DNA of 64,000 nucleotides from Escherichia coli (GTDB lineage Bacteria; Pseudomonadota; Gammaproteobacteria; Enterobacterales; Enterobacteriaceae): NCBI RefSeq assembly GCF_017348835.2, contig NZ_CP071375.1; one strand, 5' to 3'. Shown piece by piece: positions 35,629 to 53,538 of this stretch (position 1 is its first letter; each line of letters starts with the position of its first letter). The notes under the pieces were generated by a model. It saw only the letters and a program-made list of their open reading frames with translations, ran no database searches and was not told where the DNA came from. The position numbers and the translations under genes were made by a program.

Positions 35629-37950
35629 ATGAAAAAATTAACCATAGGCTTAATTGGTAATCCAAATTCTGGCAAGACAACCTTATTTAACCAGCTCACT
35701 GGCGCACGTCAGCGTGTAGGTAACTGGGCTGGCGTTACCGTCGAACGTAAAGAAGGGCAATTCTCCACCACCGATCATCAGGTCACGCTGGTGGACCTGC
35801 CCGGCACCTATTCTCTGACCACCATCTCATCGCAGACCTCGCTCGATGAGCAAATCGCCTGTCACTACATTTTGAGTGGCGACGCCGACCTGCTGATTAA
35901 CGTGGTGGATGCGTCTAACCTTGAGCGTAACCTGTACCTAACGCTACAACTGCTGGAACTCGGCATTCCCTGCATCGTGGCACTGAACATGCTCGACATT
36001 GCCGAGAAGCAAAATATTCGTATTGAAATTGATGCTCTGTCGGCGCGTCTTGGCTGCCCAGTGATCCCGCTGGTTTCAACCCGTGGTCGCGGTATTGAAG
36101 CGCTCAAGCTGGCGATTGATCGCTATAAAGCTAACGAGAATGTGGAACTGGTGCATTACGCACAGCCGCTGCTCAACGAAGCAGATTCACTGGCAAAAGT
36201 GATGCCTTCCGACATCCCGCTGAAACAACGTCGCTGGCTGGGCCTGCAAATGCTGGAAGGCGATATCTACAGCCGCGCCTACGCCGGTGAAGCGTCGCAG
36301 CATCTGGATGCCGCCCTCGCCCGTCTGCGTAATGAGATGGACGATCCGGCGCTGCACATTGCCGATGCGCGTTACCAGTGCATTGCTGCCATCTGTGATG
36401 TGGTAAGCAACACCCTGACGGCAGAACCCAGCCGTTTCACCACTGCGGTAGATAAAATCGTGCTCAACCGTTTCCTCGGTCTGCCGATTTTCCTCTTTGT
36501 GATGTACCTGATGTTCCTGCTGGCTATCAACATCGGCGGGGCGTTACAGCCGCTGTTTGACGTCGGCTCCGTGGCGCTATTTGTGCATGGTATTCAATGG
36601 ATTGGCTACACGCTCCACTTCCCGGACTGGCTGACTATCTTCCTCGCCCAGGGCCTGGGTGGCGGTATTAACACCGTGCTGCCACTGGTGCCGCAGATCG
36701 GCATGATGTACCTGTTCCTCTCCTTCCTTGAGGACTCCGGCTATATGGCGCGTGCGGCGTTTGTGATGGACCGTCTGATGCAGGCGCTGGGCTTGCCGGG
36801 GAAATCCTTTGTACCGCTGATCGTTGGTTTCGGTTGTAACGTACCGTCGGTAATGGGCGCACGTACGCTTGATGCACCGCGTGAACGTCTGATGACCATC
36901 ATGATGGCACCGTTTATGTCCTGCGGTGCGCGTCTGGCTATCTTCGCAGTATTCGCGGCTGCCTTCTTCGGGCAGAACGGTGCGCTGGCGGTCTTCTCGC
37001 TGTATATGCTGGGTATCGTAATGGCGGTGCTGACTGGCCTGATGCTCAAGTACACCATCATGCGCGGTGAAGCGACGCCGTTTGTCATGGAGCTGCCGGT
37101 CTACCATGTACCACACGTTAAAAGCCTGATTATCCAGACCTGGCAGCGCCTGAAAGGCTTCGTTCTGCGTGCTGGTAAAGTGATTATCATCGTCAGCATT
37201 TTCCTGAGCGCTTTCAACAGCTTCTCGTTGAGCGGGAAAATCGTCGATAACATCAACGACTCGGCGCTGGCTTCCGTCAGCCGGGTGATCACCCCGGTCT
37301 TCAAGCCGATTGGCGTGCATGAAGATAACTGGCAGGCAACAGTTGGCCTGTTTACGGGTGCAATGGCGAAAGAAGTGGTGGTGGGTACACTCAACACCCT
37401 CTACACCGCAGAAAATATTCAGGACGAAGAGTTCAATCCGGCGGAATTTAACCTCGGTGAAGAGTTGTTCAGCGCGGTAGATGAAACCTGGCAGAGCCTG
37501 AAAGACACCTTCAGCCTTAGCGTACTGATGAACCCCATTGAAGCTAGCAAAGGCGACGGCGAAATGGGTACCGGGGCGATGGGTGTGATGGATCAGAAAT
37601 TCGGTAGCGCAGCTGCCGCATACAGCTACCTGATTTTCGTCCTGCTGTATGTACCGTGCATCTCGGTGATGGGAGCCATCGCCCGTGAATCAAGCCGTGG
37701 CTGGATGGGCTTCTCCATCCTGTGGGGGTTGAATATCGCTTACTCGCTGGCAACATTGTTCTATCAAGTCGCCAGCTACAGCCAGCATCCAACTTACAGC
37801 CTGGTGTGCATTCTGGCGGTTATCCTGTTTAACATCGTAGTTATCGGACTGCTGCGCCGCGCGCGTAGCCGGGTGGATATCGAACTGCTGGCAACCCGCA
37901 AGTCGGTAAGCAGTTGCTGCGCAGCCAGCACCACCGGTGATTGCCATTAA
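35629..37950 (+). CDS. feoB: Ferrous iron transporter B (N-terminal GTPase, C-terminal permease)
   Basis: ORF 35617-37950; start placed at [21 protein letters not shown] (G1 motif) giving 773 aa. Confidence 0.95.
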   Translation: MKKLTIGLIGNPNSGKTTLFNQLTGARQRVGNWAGVTVERKEGQFSTTDHQVTLVDLPGTYSLTTISSQTSLDEQIACHYILSGDADLLINVVDASNLERNLYLTLQLLELGIPCIVALNMLDIAEKQNIRIEIDALSARLGCPVIPLVSTRGRGIEALKLAIDRYKANENVELVHYAQPLLNEADSLAKVMPSDIPLKQRRWLGLQMLEGDIYSRAYAGEASQHLDAALARLRNEMDDPALHIADARYQCIAAICDVVSNTLTAEPSRFTTAVDKIVLNRFLGLPIFLFVMYLMFLLAINIGGALQPLFDVGSVALFVHGIQWIGYTLHFPDWLTIFLAQGLGGGINTVLPLVPQIGMMYLFLSFLEDSGYMARAAFVMDRLMQALGLPGKSFVPLIVGFGCNVPSVMGARTLDAPRERLMTIMMAPFMSCGARLAIFAVFAAAFFGQNGALAVFSLYMLGIVMAVLTGLMLKYTIMRGEATPFVMELPVYHVPHVKSLIIQTWQRLKGFVLRAGKVIIIVSIFLSAFNSFSLSGKIVDNINDSALASVSRVITPVFKPIGVHEDNWQATVGLFTGAMAKEVVVGTLNTLYTAENIQDEEFNPAEFNLGEELFSAVDETWQSLKDTFSLSVLMNPIEASKGDGEMGTGAMGVMDQKFGSAAAAYSYLIFVLLYVPCISVMGAIARESSRGWMGFSILWGLNIAYSLATLFYQVASYSQHPTYSLVCILAVILFNIVVIGLLRRARSRVDIELLATRKSVSSCCAASTTGDCH

Positions 37951-38186
37951 TGGCTTCACTTATTCAGGTACGTGATTTGCTGGCGTTACGGGGCCGTATG
38001 GAAGCGGCCCAGATAAGCCAGACATTGAACACTCCACAGCCAATGATTAACGCCATGCTGCAACAGCTGGAAAGCATGGGCAAAGCCGTGCGGATTCAGG
38101 AAGAACCTGACGGCTGCCTCTCTGGCAGTTGTAAAAGCTGCCCGGAAGGCAAAGCCTGTCTGCGCGAGTGGTGGGCGCTGCGTTAA
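37950..38186 (+). CDS. feoC: FeoC (winged-helix Fe-S protein)
   Basis: ORF 37941-38186; ATG at 37950 overlaps feoB stop (TAATG); Cys cluster [15 protein letters not shown]. Confidence 0.9.
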   Translation: MASLIQVRDLLALRGRMEAAQISQTLNTPQPMINAMLQQLESMGKAVRIQEEPDGCLSGSCKSCPEGKACLREWWALR

Positions 38187-38210
38187 CCATACTCCATCGC
38201 CTGTTTTGAA

Positions 38211-38244
38211 AAGCCCGGTATGCGTTTGCATCCGGGCTTTTTTG
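38211..38244 (+). terminator. Rho-independent terminator after feoABC
   Basis: GCCCGGTATGCGTTTGCATCCGGGC hairpin followed by TTTTTT. Confidence 0.75.
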
Positions 38245-38388
38245 CGTGCGGCTTTCCATAAAAATGCAATTCTTGCAGCGCGACGTAAGTTCCTCTGAAA
38301 GCGTCTCGCAGGGATGAAAACTGGCTAATGCACAGGTGTGGAGTGGCGCGTAGAGTCGCGGCATTCAAACAACAGGTGAAGGAACGCC

Positions 38389-39267
38389 ATGAGCAAAAAG
38401 CAGAGTTCCACCCCACACGATGCGCTGTTCAAACTCTTTTTACGCCAACCGGACACGGCACGCGATTTTCTTGCGTTTCATTTACCGGCACCCATTCACG
38501 CGCTCTGTGATATGAAAACCCTCAAGCTGGAGTCGAGCAGCTTTATTGATGACGATCTGCGTGAAAGCTATTCCGACGTGCTGTGGTCGGTGAAAACGGA
38601 ACAAGGACCAGGATACATCTATTGTCTGATTGAACATCAAAGCACCTCAAACAAACTGATCGCATTTCGCATGATGCGCTACGCCATTGCCGCAATGCAA
38701 AACCACCTGGATGCCGGACACAAAACGTTGCCGATGGTAGTGCCATTGTTGTTTTATCACGGTATTGAAAGCTCCTATCCCTATTCGCTGTGTTGGCTGG
38801 ATTGTTTCGCCGATCCCAACCTGGCAAGGCAGCTTTATGCCTCTGCATTTCCGCTGATTGATGTCACCGTCATGCCTGATGATGAAATCATGCAGCACCG
38901 ACGCATGGCGCTGCTGGAGTTAATTCAAAAACATATTCGTCAACGCGACCTGATGGGGCTGGTAGAGCAAATGGCCTGCTTATTAAGTAGTGGATACGCT
39001 AATGACAGACAAATCAAAGGGCTGTTTAATTACATCTTGCAAACCGGCGATGCGGTACGTTTTAACGATTTTATCGACGGCGTTGCCGAACGTTCACCGA
39101 AACACAAGGAGAGTTTAATGACTATTGCGGAAAGATTGCGGCAGGAGGGGTTTCAGAAAGGTATACGTGCTATTGCCAAAACCATGCTGGATGCCGGAGT
39201 CCCTCTTGAGGACGTTCTGCGATTTACCGGGCTGTCAGAGGAAGAATTGGCTGCGGCGAACCAGTAG
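38389..39267 (+). CDS. rpnA: YhgA/RpnA, transposase-like recombination-promoting nuclease
   Basis: 292-aa ORF; single copy with no terminal inverted repeats, so not called as a mobile element. Confidence 0.9.
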   Translation: MSKKQSSTPHDALFKLFLRQPDTARDFLAFHLPAPIHALCDMKTLKLESSSFIDDDLRESYSDVLWSVKTEQGPGYIYCLIEHQSTSNKLIAFRMMRYAIAAMQNHLDAGHKTLPMVVPLLFYHGIESSYPYSLCWLDCFADPNLARQLYASAFPLIDVTVMPDDEIMQHRRMALLELIQKHIRQRDLMGLVEQMACLLSSGYANDRQIKGLFNYILQTGDAVRFNDFIDGVAERSPKHKESLMTIAERLRQEGFQKGIRAIAKTMLDAGVPLEDVLRFTGLSEEELAAANQ

Positions 39268-39282
39268 ACACTATCCCCTGCT

Positions 39283-39329
39283 TAAGTGCTACTTTATGCT
39301 ATCTTGCATGTAACACAAAGTAGCACTTA
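39283..39329 (+). promoter_or_regulatory. Putative operator/promoter of the toxin-antitoxin cassette: 13-bp perfect inverted repeat
   Basis: TAAGTGCTACTTT (39283-39295) and AAAGTAGCACTTA (39317-39329), 21-bp spacer, just upstream of the antitoxin RBS (AGGAA) and ATG at 39339. Confidence 0.55.
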
Positions 39330-39338
39330 GGAACTGAT

Positions 39339-39608
39339 ATGCAGACAGTGAAATTACGGCAACAAGGAGGAGCCATGATCGTTACTATCCCACGAGATCT
39401 TGCCACCGATCTTGGCTAGTCACCGGGCACAGAGCTTACCGTGGAGAAAAAGGGCGATAGCGTTAATTTACGCGCAACCGGGCACAAACCGCGTGGGCGT
39501 CTTACCGTCGCGCAGTTGTTGAGCCAGATCGATGAAAGCGAAATTACGCAGCTAAATCAGTCCACAGAAGGATGGGCTGAAGGGAAAAAAGGTAATGAAG
39601 CATGGTAA
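39339..39608 (+). pseudogene. MazE/PemI-like (AbrB swapped-hairpin) antitoxin frame interrupted by in-frame TAG at codon 27
   Basis: Frame ATG 39339 to TAA 39606-39608 reads MQTVKLRQQGGAMIVTIPRDLATDLG*SPGTELTVEKKGDSVNLRATGHKPRGRLTVAQLLSQIDESEITQLNQSTEGWAEGKKGNEAW; resembles MazE/ChpS/PemI including C-terminal W; absent from ORF track because of the stop. Confidence 0.65.
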
Positions 39609-39970
39609 AGGCACGGACGCCACATCGTGGTGAGATCTGGTATTTTAACCCTGATCCGGTTGCCGGGCATGAACTTCGGGGTCCACATCATTGCATTGTG
39701 GTAACGGACAAAAAACTCAACAATGTTTTAAAAGTTGCTATGTGCTGCCCGATTACAACAGAGGCAAATGCAGCACGTTCCACAGGGGTGACGGTGAACG
39801 TCCTCCCCCATGATACGCAAACCGGTAACCTGCATGGCGTTGTGCTCTGTCACCAGCTAAAAGCTGTCGATCTTATTGCCCGTGGCGCTAAATTTCATAC
39901 CGTTGCCGATGAAGCATTGATTAGTGAGGTGATCGGTAAACTGGTGAATTTAATCGACCCACAACAGTAG
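39602..39970 (+). CDS. MazF/PemK-family toxin (putative sequence-specific endoribonuclease)
   Basis: 122-aa ORF overlapping antitoxin stop (ATGGTAA); sequence pattern GEIW...DP..GHE...VV.....PIT......HGVVL.HQ...D...R typical of PemK/MazF/ChpB. Confidence 0.75.
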   Translation: MVKARTPHRGEIWYFNPDPVAGHELRGPHHCIVVTDKKLNNVLKVAMCCPITTEANAARSTGVTVNVLPHDTQTGNLHGVVLCHQLKAVDLIARGAKFHTVADEALISEVIGKLVNLIDPQQ

Positions 39971-39984
39971 CCCTGACTTATCAC

Positions 39985-41476
<1,492 letters not shown>

Positions 41477-41534
41477 AGCCTCGATGATGGGCGTATTATA
41501 ACCAACTAAAATAGTCAACTATTAGGCCATTACT

Positions 41535-42110
41535 ATGATCCGTATTTCCGATGCTGCACAAGCGCACTTTGCCAAACTGCTGGCAAACCAGGAAGAAGGG
41601 ACACAAATCCGCGTATTTGTGATTAACCCTGGCACGCCTAACGCTGAATGTGGTGTTTCTTATTGTCCGCCGGATGCCGTGGAAGCCACCGACACTGCCC
41701 TGAAATTTGACCTGCTGACCGCGTATGTTGATGAGTTAAGCGCACCATACCTGGAAGATGCAGAGATCGATTTTGTTACCGACCAGTTGGGCTCTCAGCT
41801 AACACTGAAAGCGCCTAACGCCAAAATGCGTAAAGTGGCAGACGATGCACCACTGATGGAGCGCGTGGAGTATATGCTGCAGTCGCAGATCAACCCACAG
41901 CTTGCTGGTCACGGTGGCCGCGTTTCACTGATGGAAATCACCGAAGACGGTTACGCCATTCTGCAATTTGGCGGCGGCTGTAACGGTTGTTCCATGGTCG
42001 ATGTGACGCTGAAAGAAGGGATCGAGAAGCAGCTGCTAAACGAATTCCCGGAGCTGAAAGGTGTGCGCGATCTCACCGAACACCAGCGCGGCGAACACTC
42101 CTACTACTAA
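41535..42110 (+). CDS. nfuA: Fe-S cluster carrier NfuA
   Basis: 191-aa ORF with C-terminal CxxC ([10 protein letters not shown]). Confidence 0.95.
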
Positions 42111-42166
<56 letters not shown>

Positions 42167-42294
42167 ACGTTGAACATGTGCCAGACGTTGGCGCAGCATT
42201 GCTTTGGCAAATCCCTCCCTTCGTTTCCCCGCGATAATATGACCAACCTCTCATAATTTAAATTTACCCCGCTCTGGTGATTCTCAAATGCCAG

Positions 42295-42310
42295 ATGTTA
42301 CCCGTATCAT
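42295..42310 (+). promoter_or_regulatory. Putative GntR operator half of the gntT promoter
   Basis: ATGTTACCCGTATCAT, similar to GntR operator consensus; ~170 bp upstream of gntT. Confidence 0.45.
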
Positions 42311-42434
42311 TCACATGGGTACCAAACATACTCCTGACATCTGACTACAATAATTAGTTTTAGTGGGTATCAGTCGTGGTGCCGCAATATCTCTGTTCCC
42401 GATTGGGATAATTAGAGTTTGTCGTCAGAAAATT

Positions 42435-42451
42435 GACGTTACCCATAACAA
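42435..42451 (+). promoter_or_regulatory. Putative second GntR operator near gntT start
   Basis: GACGTTACCCATAACAA, repeats the GTTACCC core 20 bp upstream of gntT ATG. Confidence 0.4.
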
Positions 42452-42470
42452 ATGAAAGGCCAGGTAAATC

Positions 42471-43787
42471 ATGCCATTAGTCATTGTTGCTATCGGTGTA
42501 ATCTTGTTGTTGCTCCTGATGATCCGCTTCAAAATGAACGGCTTCATCGCTCTCGTCCTCGTGGCGCTTGCTGTTGGATTAATGCAAGGAATGCCGCTGG
42601 ATAAAGTTATTGGCTCCATCAAAGCCGGTGTCGGCGGGACGCTCGGTAGCCTTGCCCTGATCATGGGTTTTGGCGCAATGCTGGGCAAAATGCTGGCAGA
42701 CTGCGGTGGCGCACAACGTATCGCCACCACGCTGATTGCCAAATTTGGTAAAAAACACATCCAGTGGGCGGTGGTACTGACCGGTTTTACCGTTGGTTTT
42801 GCCCTGTTCTATGAAGTGGGCTTTGTGCTGATGCTGCCGCTGGTGTTTACCATCGCGGCTTCCGCGAATATTCCACTGCTGTATGTTGGTGTACCAATGG
42901 CAGCTGCACTGTCTGTGACCCACGGCTTCCTGCCACCGCATCCGGGCCCGACTGCGATTGCCACCATTTTCAATGCCGACATGGGTAAAACCCTGCTGTA
43001 CGGTACTATTCTGGCAATCCCGACCGTGATTCTCGCCGGTCCGGTTTACGCTCGCGTGTTGAAAGGTATCGATAAGCCAATTCCGGAAGGTCTCTACAGC
43101 GCGAAAACCTTCAGCGAAGAAGAGATGCCGAGCTTTGGCGTCAGCGTCTGGACCTCTCTGGTGCCGGTAGTACTGATGGCGATGCGTGCGATTGCCGAAA
43201 TGATCCTGCCGAAAGGTCACGCTTTCCTGCCGGTAGCGGAGTTCCTCGGTGACCCGGTAATGGCTACGCTGATTGCCGTGCTGATTGCGATGTTCACCTT
43301 TGGTCTAAACCGTGGTCGTTCAATGGATCAGATTAACGACACGCTGGTTTCTTCCATCAAAATCATTGCGATGATGCTGTTGATCATCGGTGGTGGCGGT
43401 GCGTTCAAGCAGGTGCTGGTAGACAGCGGCGTGGACAAATACATTGCTTCCATGATGCACGAAACCAACATTTCTCCGCTGCTGATGGCCTGGTCGATTG
43501 CTGCCGTACTGCGTATCGCGCTGGGTTCCGCAACCGTTGCGGCAATCACTGCGGGTGGTATCGCGGCACCGCTGATTGCAACGACGGGTGTTAGCCCGGA
43601 GCTGATGGTTATTGCGGTTGGTTCCGGTAGTGTGATTTTCTCTCATGTGAACGATCCGGGCTTCTGGCTGTTCAAAGAGTACTTTAACCTGACTATCGGC
43701 GAGACCATCAAATCCTGGTCGATGCTGGAAACCATTATCTCGGTGTGCGGTCTGGTAGGCTGTCTGCTGCTGAATATGGTGATTTGA
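42471..43787 (+). CDS. gntT: High-affinity gluconate permease
   Basis: 438-aa polytopic ORF, synteny. Confidence 0.95.
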   Translation: MPLVIVAIGVILLLLLMIRFKMNGFIALVLVALAVGLMQGMPLDKVIGSIKAGVGGTLGSLALIMGFGAMLGKMLADCGGAQRIATTLIAKFGKKHIQWAVVLTGFTVGFALFYEVGFVLMLPLVFTIAASANIPLLYVGVPMAAALSVTHGFLPPHPGPTAIATIFNADMGKTLLYGTILAIPTVILAGPVYARVLKGIDKPIPEGLYSAKTFSEEEMPSFGVSVWTSLVPVVLMAMRAIAEMILPKGHAFLPVAEFLGDPVMATLIAVLIAMFTFGLNRGRSMDQINDTLVSSIKIIAMMLLIIGGGGAFKQVLVDSGVDKYIASMMHETNISPLLMAWSIAAVLRIALGSATVAAITAGGIAAPLIATTGVSPELMVIAVGSGSVIFSHVNDPGFWLFKEYFNLTIGETIKSWSMLETIISVCGLVGCLLLNMVI

Positions 43788-43831
43788 TAACACTGACTGC
43801 CGGATGCATCGCATCCGGCATCAACCGCACT

Positions 43832-45916
43832 CTACTTCTTCTTCGCTGCAGCTCTGCGCCGTCTGTCCAAATCCTTCAGCAACTTGTTCACGCCATCATC
43901 GGCAAACATCGTCTCAAGCGTTGCGGAAAGCTTGCGTCGCCAGTTTTTATACTGGTAACTGGTGCCAGGAATATTCACCGGTTCGGCCATATCCAGCCAG
44001 TCTTCCGGCTGTAGTCCTAACAGAGCACTGTTACTGTCGGCAATGTAGCGCTGCAAACCACGGTTCAGCGTCGGCGTCATCGACATCAACGATGCCTTAT
44101 GCCCGGCACGTTTTGGCAGACAACCATATTTATGCAGTGCATCCAGCAGCCCTTGCTTCGCCAGTTCGCGATCCTGATACAGACCGCGCAGTACCACTTC
44201 ATCCGGATACAGCCCCAGGGTTTTGCCCAGAGTTAGATCCCCGCTCTCCCAGTAGCCGCGTAGCGTAGGCAGGTCATGTGTCGCCGCAACCGCCATCGAC
44301 TGCTCCGGATACGCTTTCGGTGCACGGAACGTCTTCTCGTGGTCGTTTTCGAAATAGAGCACTTTGTAGGAGTACACACCGCTGCTGCGCAGCTTACCGA
44401 CAATCTCTACCGGTACGGTACCGAGATCTTCACCAATCACCATACAGCGATGACGTTTACTTTCGAGTGCCAGAATCGAGAGCAGATCATCCACCGGATA
44501 GTGAACATACGCGCCCTGATCCGCCGTCTCGCCATACGGTATCCACCACAAACGCAGCATCGACATCACATGGTCAATTCGTAATGCGCCGCAGTTTTGC
44601 ATATTGGCACGCAACAGCTCGATAAACGGTTCATAAGCACGCGCGGTGATGATATGCGGGTCCATTGGCGGCAATCCCCAGTTCTGCCCCAACGGGCCGA
44701 GGATATCCGGCGGCGCGCCAACCGACGCTTTCAGGCAATACAGTTCACGGTCACACCAGGTTTCCGCCCCACCTTCCGCTACGCCAACCGCCAGATCACG
44801 ATACAAGCCAATCGGCATTTCATAGCCCTGGCTTATCTCCCAGCAGGCGGCAAACTGGCTGTAAGCCAGCCACTGCAACCAGAGATAAAAATCGACGTCA
44901 TCGCGATGTTCTTCGCAGAACTGACGCACTTCTGGTGAATCCACGTTCTGATACATCTCTGGCCATGCAGGCCAGCCCCAGCGCATTTCGTCCTCTTTCA
45001 CTTGCTGGGCATGTAGCGCATCAAAAGCTGCCTGCCAGAACAGGCTGTCGCCTTGATCTGCAACAAACTGGCGAAACGCGGCCATCTGCTCATCATCACG
45101 TTGCGCGAAACCTTTCCACGCCATTCGTAATGCTGTCATTTTTAGGGCGGTAACCGTGGAGTAATCGACCCAGTCGGCATCCCGCGCCTGTTGCAGCGTC
45201 TGTTGCGTGGTCGGCAACTGCCACCAGGCCTGAGCCTCTTCGCTAAGATGGAAATCTTCGACGGCGTTAACGTCGATATAAATCACATTCAGCCAACGGC
45301 GAGAAGACGGGCTGTATGGGCTGGCACTCTCCGGATTTGCCGGATAGAGCGCATGAATCGGGTTCAGGCCGATGAACGACCCGCCACGTTTTGCCACATC
45401 CACCAGCATCGCTTTGAGATCGCCAAAATCCCCAATACCCCAGTTTTTTTCCGATCGCAGCGTATAAAGCTGGACGCAGGCACCCCACAGCTTTTGTTTA
45501 TTCAGCAACGCCTGCGGTTCGTAACAGCGTTTCGGGGCGACAATCACCCGGCAATGCGCGCGCTGGTCGTCCTGGGTGAGTGTCAGCGTGTGATAACCTT
45601 CCGGCAGCTTCGTCGGTAGATTGAACGCTTTGCCCCCCGTTACATGGCCTTTGTACTGCGTTCCTTCTTCGGTGGTCAGCAGCCAGCTATATTCGCCGCT
45701 GCCCTCCACCACCATCGGCATTTTTTTGCCGCTGGTATAAACCATGACATTCGGGACTGGCGTTACCGCCACTTTCGTGGCGGTACGTTGATGCATCGCG
45801 TCAAGCAAACGCCGTTTGGTTTCGGCGCTAATCGACTGCGGTTTACCGTGGGCATTGATGTAATTGGGGCTAATCCCCGCCGCCAGCGCGGCATTATCCA
45901 GACGTTTGCTTTCCAT
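43832..45916 (-). CDS. malQ: 4-alpha-glucanotransferase (amylomaltase)
   Basis: 694-aa ORF, synteny with malP. Confidence 0.95.
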   Translation of the reverse strand: MESKRLDNAALAAGISPNYINAHGKPQSISAETKRRLLDAMHQRTATKVAVTPVPNVMVYTSGKKMPMVVEGSGEYSWLLTTEEGTQYKGHVTGGKAFNLPTKLPEGYHTLTLTQDDQRAHCRVIVAPKRCYEPQALLNKQKLWGACVQLYTLRSEKNWGIGDFGDLKAMLVDVAKRGGSFIGLNPIHALYPANPESASPYSPSSRRWLNVIYIDVNAVEDFHLSEEAQAWWQLPTTQQTLQQARDADWVDYSTVTALKMTALRMAWKGFAQRDDEQMAAFRQFVADQGDSLFWQAAFDALHAQQVKEDEMRWGWPAWPEMYQNVDSPEVRQFCEEHRDDVDFYLWLQWLAYSQFAACWEISQGYEMPIGLYRDLAVGVAEGGAETWCDRELYCLKASVGAPPDILGPLGQNWGLPPMDPHIITARAYEPFIELLRANMQNCGALRIDHVMSMLRLWWIPYGETADQGAYVHYPVDDLLSILALESKRHRCMVIGEDLGTVPVEIVGKLRSSGVYSYKVLYFENDHEKTFRAPKAYPEQSMAVAATHDLPTLRGYWESGDLTLGKTLGLYPDEVVLRGLYQDRELAKQGLLDALHKYGCLPKRAGHKASLMSMTPTLNRGLQRYIADSNSALLGLQPEDWLDMAEPVNIPGTSYQYKNWRRKLSATLETMFADDGVNKLLKDLDRRRRAAAKKK

Positions 45917-45925
45917 CGAGCTTCC

Positions 45926-48343
<2,418 letters not shown>

Positions 48344-48387
48344 TCAACACAACGTTATCGCTAGTTTGCCAGGCTCGATGTTGACCT

Positions 48388-48435
48388 TCCTCATCCTGCG
48401 GGGGATTAGGCAGGGAGGAGTTGCGGGGATGAGCA
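48388..48435 (-). promoter_or_regulatory. MalT-box cluster of the malPQ promoter
   Basis: GGATGA-type hexamers at 48391-48396 (reverse) and 48427-48432 in the malP-malT divergent region. Confidence 0.5.
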
Positions 48436-48924
48436 AGGAAATGTGATCTCAACCACTTAAAGCTAGTGCAAACCACAGGATTAGCAGCAAATCAATGCCA
48501 TACAGCGCAGAAAATCTGTATCTAAGTGCAAAAAATGGCCGTTGCGTATTTTCAAAAAGCGGAAGGTAACTCTATAAATTAAGTAAAGGAGTGAAACAGT
48601 TTCACAAGTAAAATATCCAGTGTGCTCCATCTCATTCTTAATAGATTTATTAAGATCATCTTTTTAGATAGCACTTTCATCAGGAATGAAGAAGAAACCC
48701 TTGCTTAAATGAATCTGATGAACATAAGGGAAACCAGTATTCACGCTGGATCAGCGTCGTTTTAGGTGAGTTGTTAATAAAGATTTGGAATTGTGACACA
48801 GTGCAAATTCAGACACATAAAAAAACGTCATCGCTTGCATTAGAAAGGTTTCTGGCCGACCTTATAACCATTAATTACGAAGCGCAAAAAAAATAATATT
48901 TCCTCATTTTCCACAGTGAAGTGA

Positions 48925-51636
<2,712 letters not shown>

Positions 51637-51696
51637 GTTTGTATAGCGTTTTTATGTACACTCTTTATACTGTATATAAAATCGCACTACAGGCTC

Positions 51697-51981
51697 ATGA
51701 ATATGAAACCGGAAAGCAAAGAAGCGCCAATCAATATCAGAGCGAAAGCCTCACAGCGTGACCTGATTGATATGGCAGCGAATCTGGTCGCAAAATCGCG
51801 CACTGATTTTATGCTGGATGCCGCATGCCGTGAAGCGCAAGACATCTTATTAGATCAACGACTATTCATCGTTGATGACGAGCAATACGATGCGTTTCTG
51901 GCTGCCCTGGACGCCCCCATCACTGCTGAGCGTCAGGCCAAAATTAACGCATTGATGAATCGTAAATCGCCATGGGAATAA
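51697..51981 (+). CDS. DUF1778-type (TacA/AtaR-like, ribbon-helix-helix) antitoxin
   Basis: 94-aa ORF; overlaps downstream toxin start by 10 nt (ATGGGAATAA); upstream palindrome TATACTGTATA at 51666-51676. Confidence 0.7.
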   Translation: MNMKPESKEAPINIRAKASQRDLIDMAANLVAKSRTDFMLDAACREAQDILLDQRLFIVDDEQYDAFLAALDAPITAERQAKINALMNRKSPWE

Positions 51982-52457
51982 CGGCTCCTACTCCCCTAAC
52001 GTCTGAACATAATCTGGCTGACTTTTGCTGTTCCGATCACGGGATGAATGAATGGCTAAAAAAGAAAGCGTTAAAAAATCACAGCTCCGGTCTGTCTCGT
52101 GTTTACGTTATCTGTATTGCCAATACCCGCCAGGTAATCGGCTATTACTGCCTTTCTACAGGCAGTATTCAACGTAATTTGGCTCCTGGAGCCATGCGAC
52201 GTAATGCTCCCGAATCGTTGCCTGTTGTCGTATTAGGCAGACTGGCAATTGATCAAGCCTGGGCAGGTAAAGGGTTGGGCGTCGCATTGTTGAAAGATGC
52301 AGTCTATCGCACAATGTCCATAGCTCAACAGGTAGGGGTTCGTGCGCTCATTGTTCATGCCTTAGACGATTCAGTACGCAATTTCTATCTGAAGTATGCC
52401 TTTGTACCTTCACCATTCCAGTCACTTACCTTACTGTATCCCATTACTCTGGAGTAA
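51972..52457 (+). CDS. GNAT-family acetyltransferase toxin (TacT/AtaT/ItaT-like)
   Basis: 161-aa ORF with acetyl-CoA-binding region VVLGRLAIDQAWAGKGLGVALL and conserved SRVYV/GYYCLS motifs. Confidence 0.7.
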   Translation: MGITAPTPLTSEHNLADFCCSDHGMNEWLKKKALKNHSSGLSRVYVICIANTRQVIGYYCLSTGSIQRNLAPGAMRRNAPESLPVVVLGRLAIDQAWAGKGLGVALLKDAVYRTMSIAQQVGVRALIVHALDDSVRNFYLKYAFVPSPFQSLTLLYPITLE

Positions 52458-52506
52458 TTTACCTCTACCGGATAGTCACACTGATGAGTCTGATCCGGCA
52501 GGGATT

Positions 52507-53538
<1,032 letters not shown>

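Noticed and set aside
38389-39267. Possible transposase / mobile element (yhgA)
   Set aside because: Transposase-like nuclease domain but single copy, no terminal inverted repeats or target-site duplication visible; matches the domesticated Rpn family rather than an active IS
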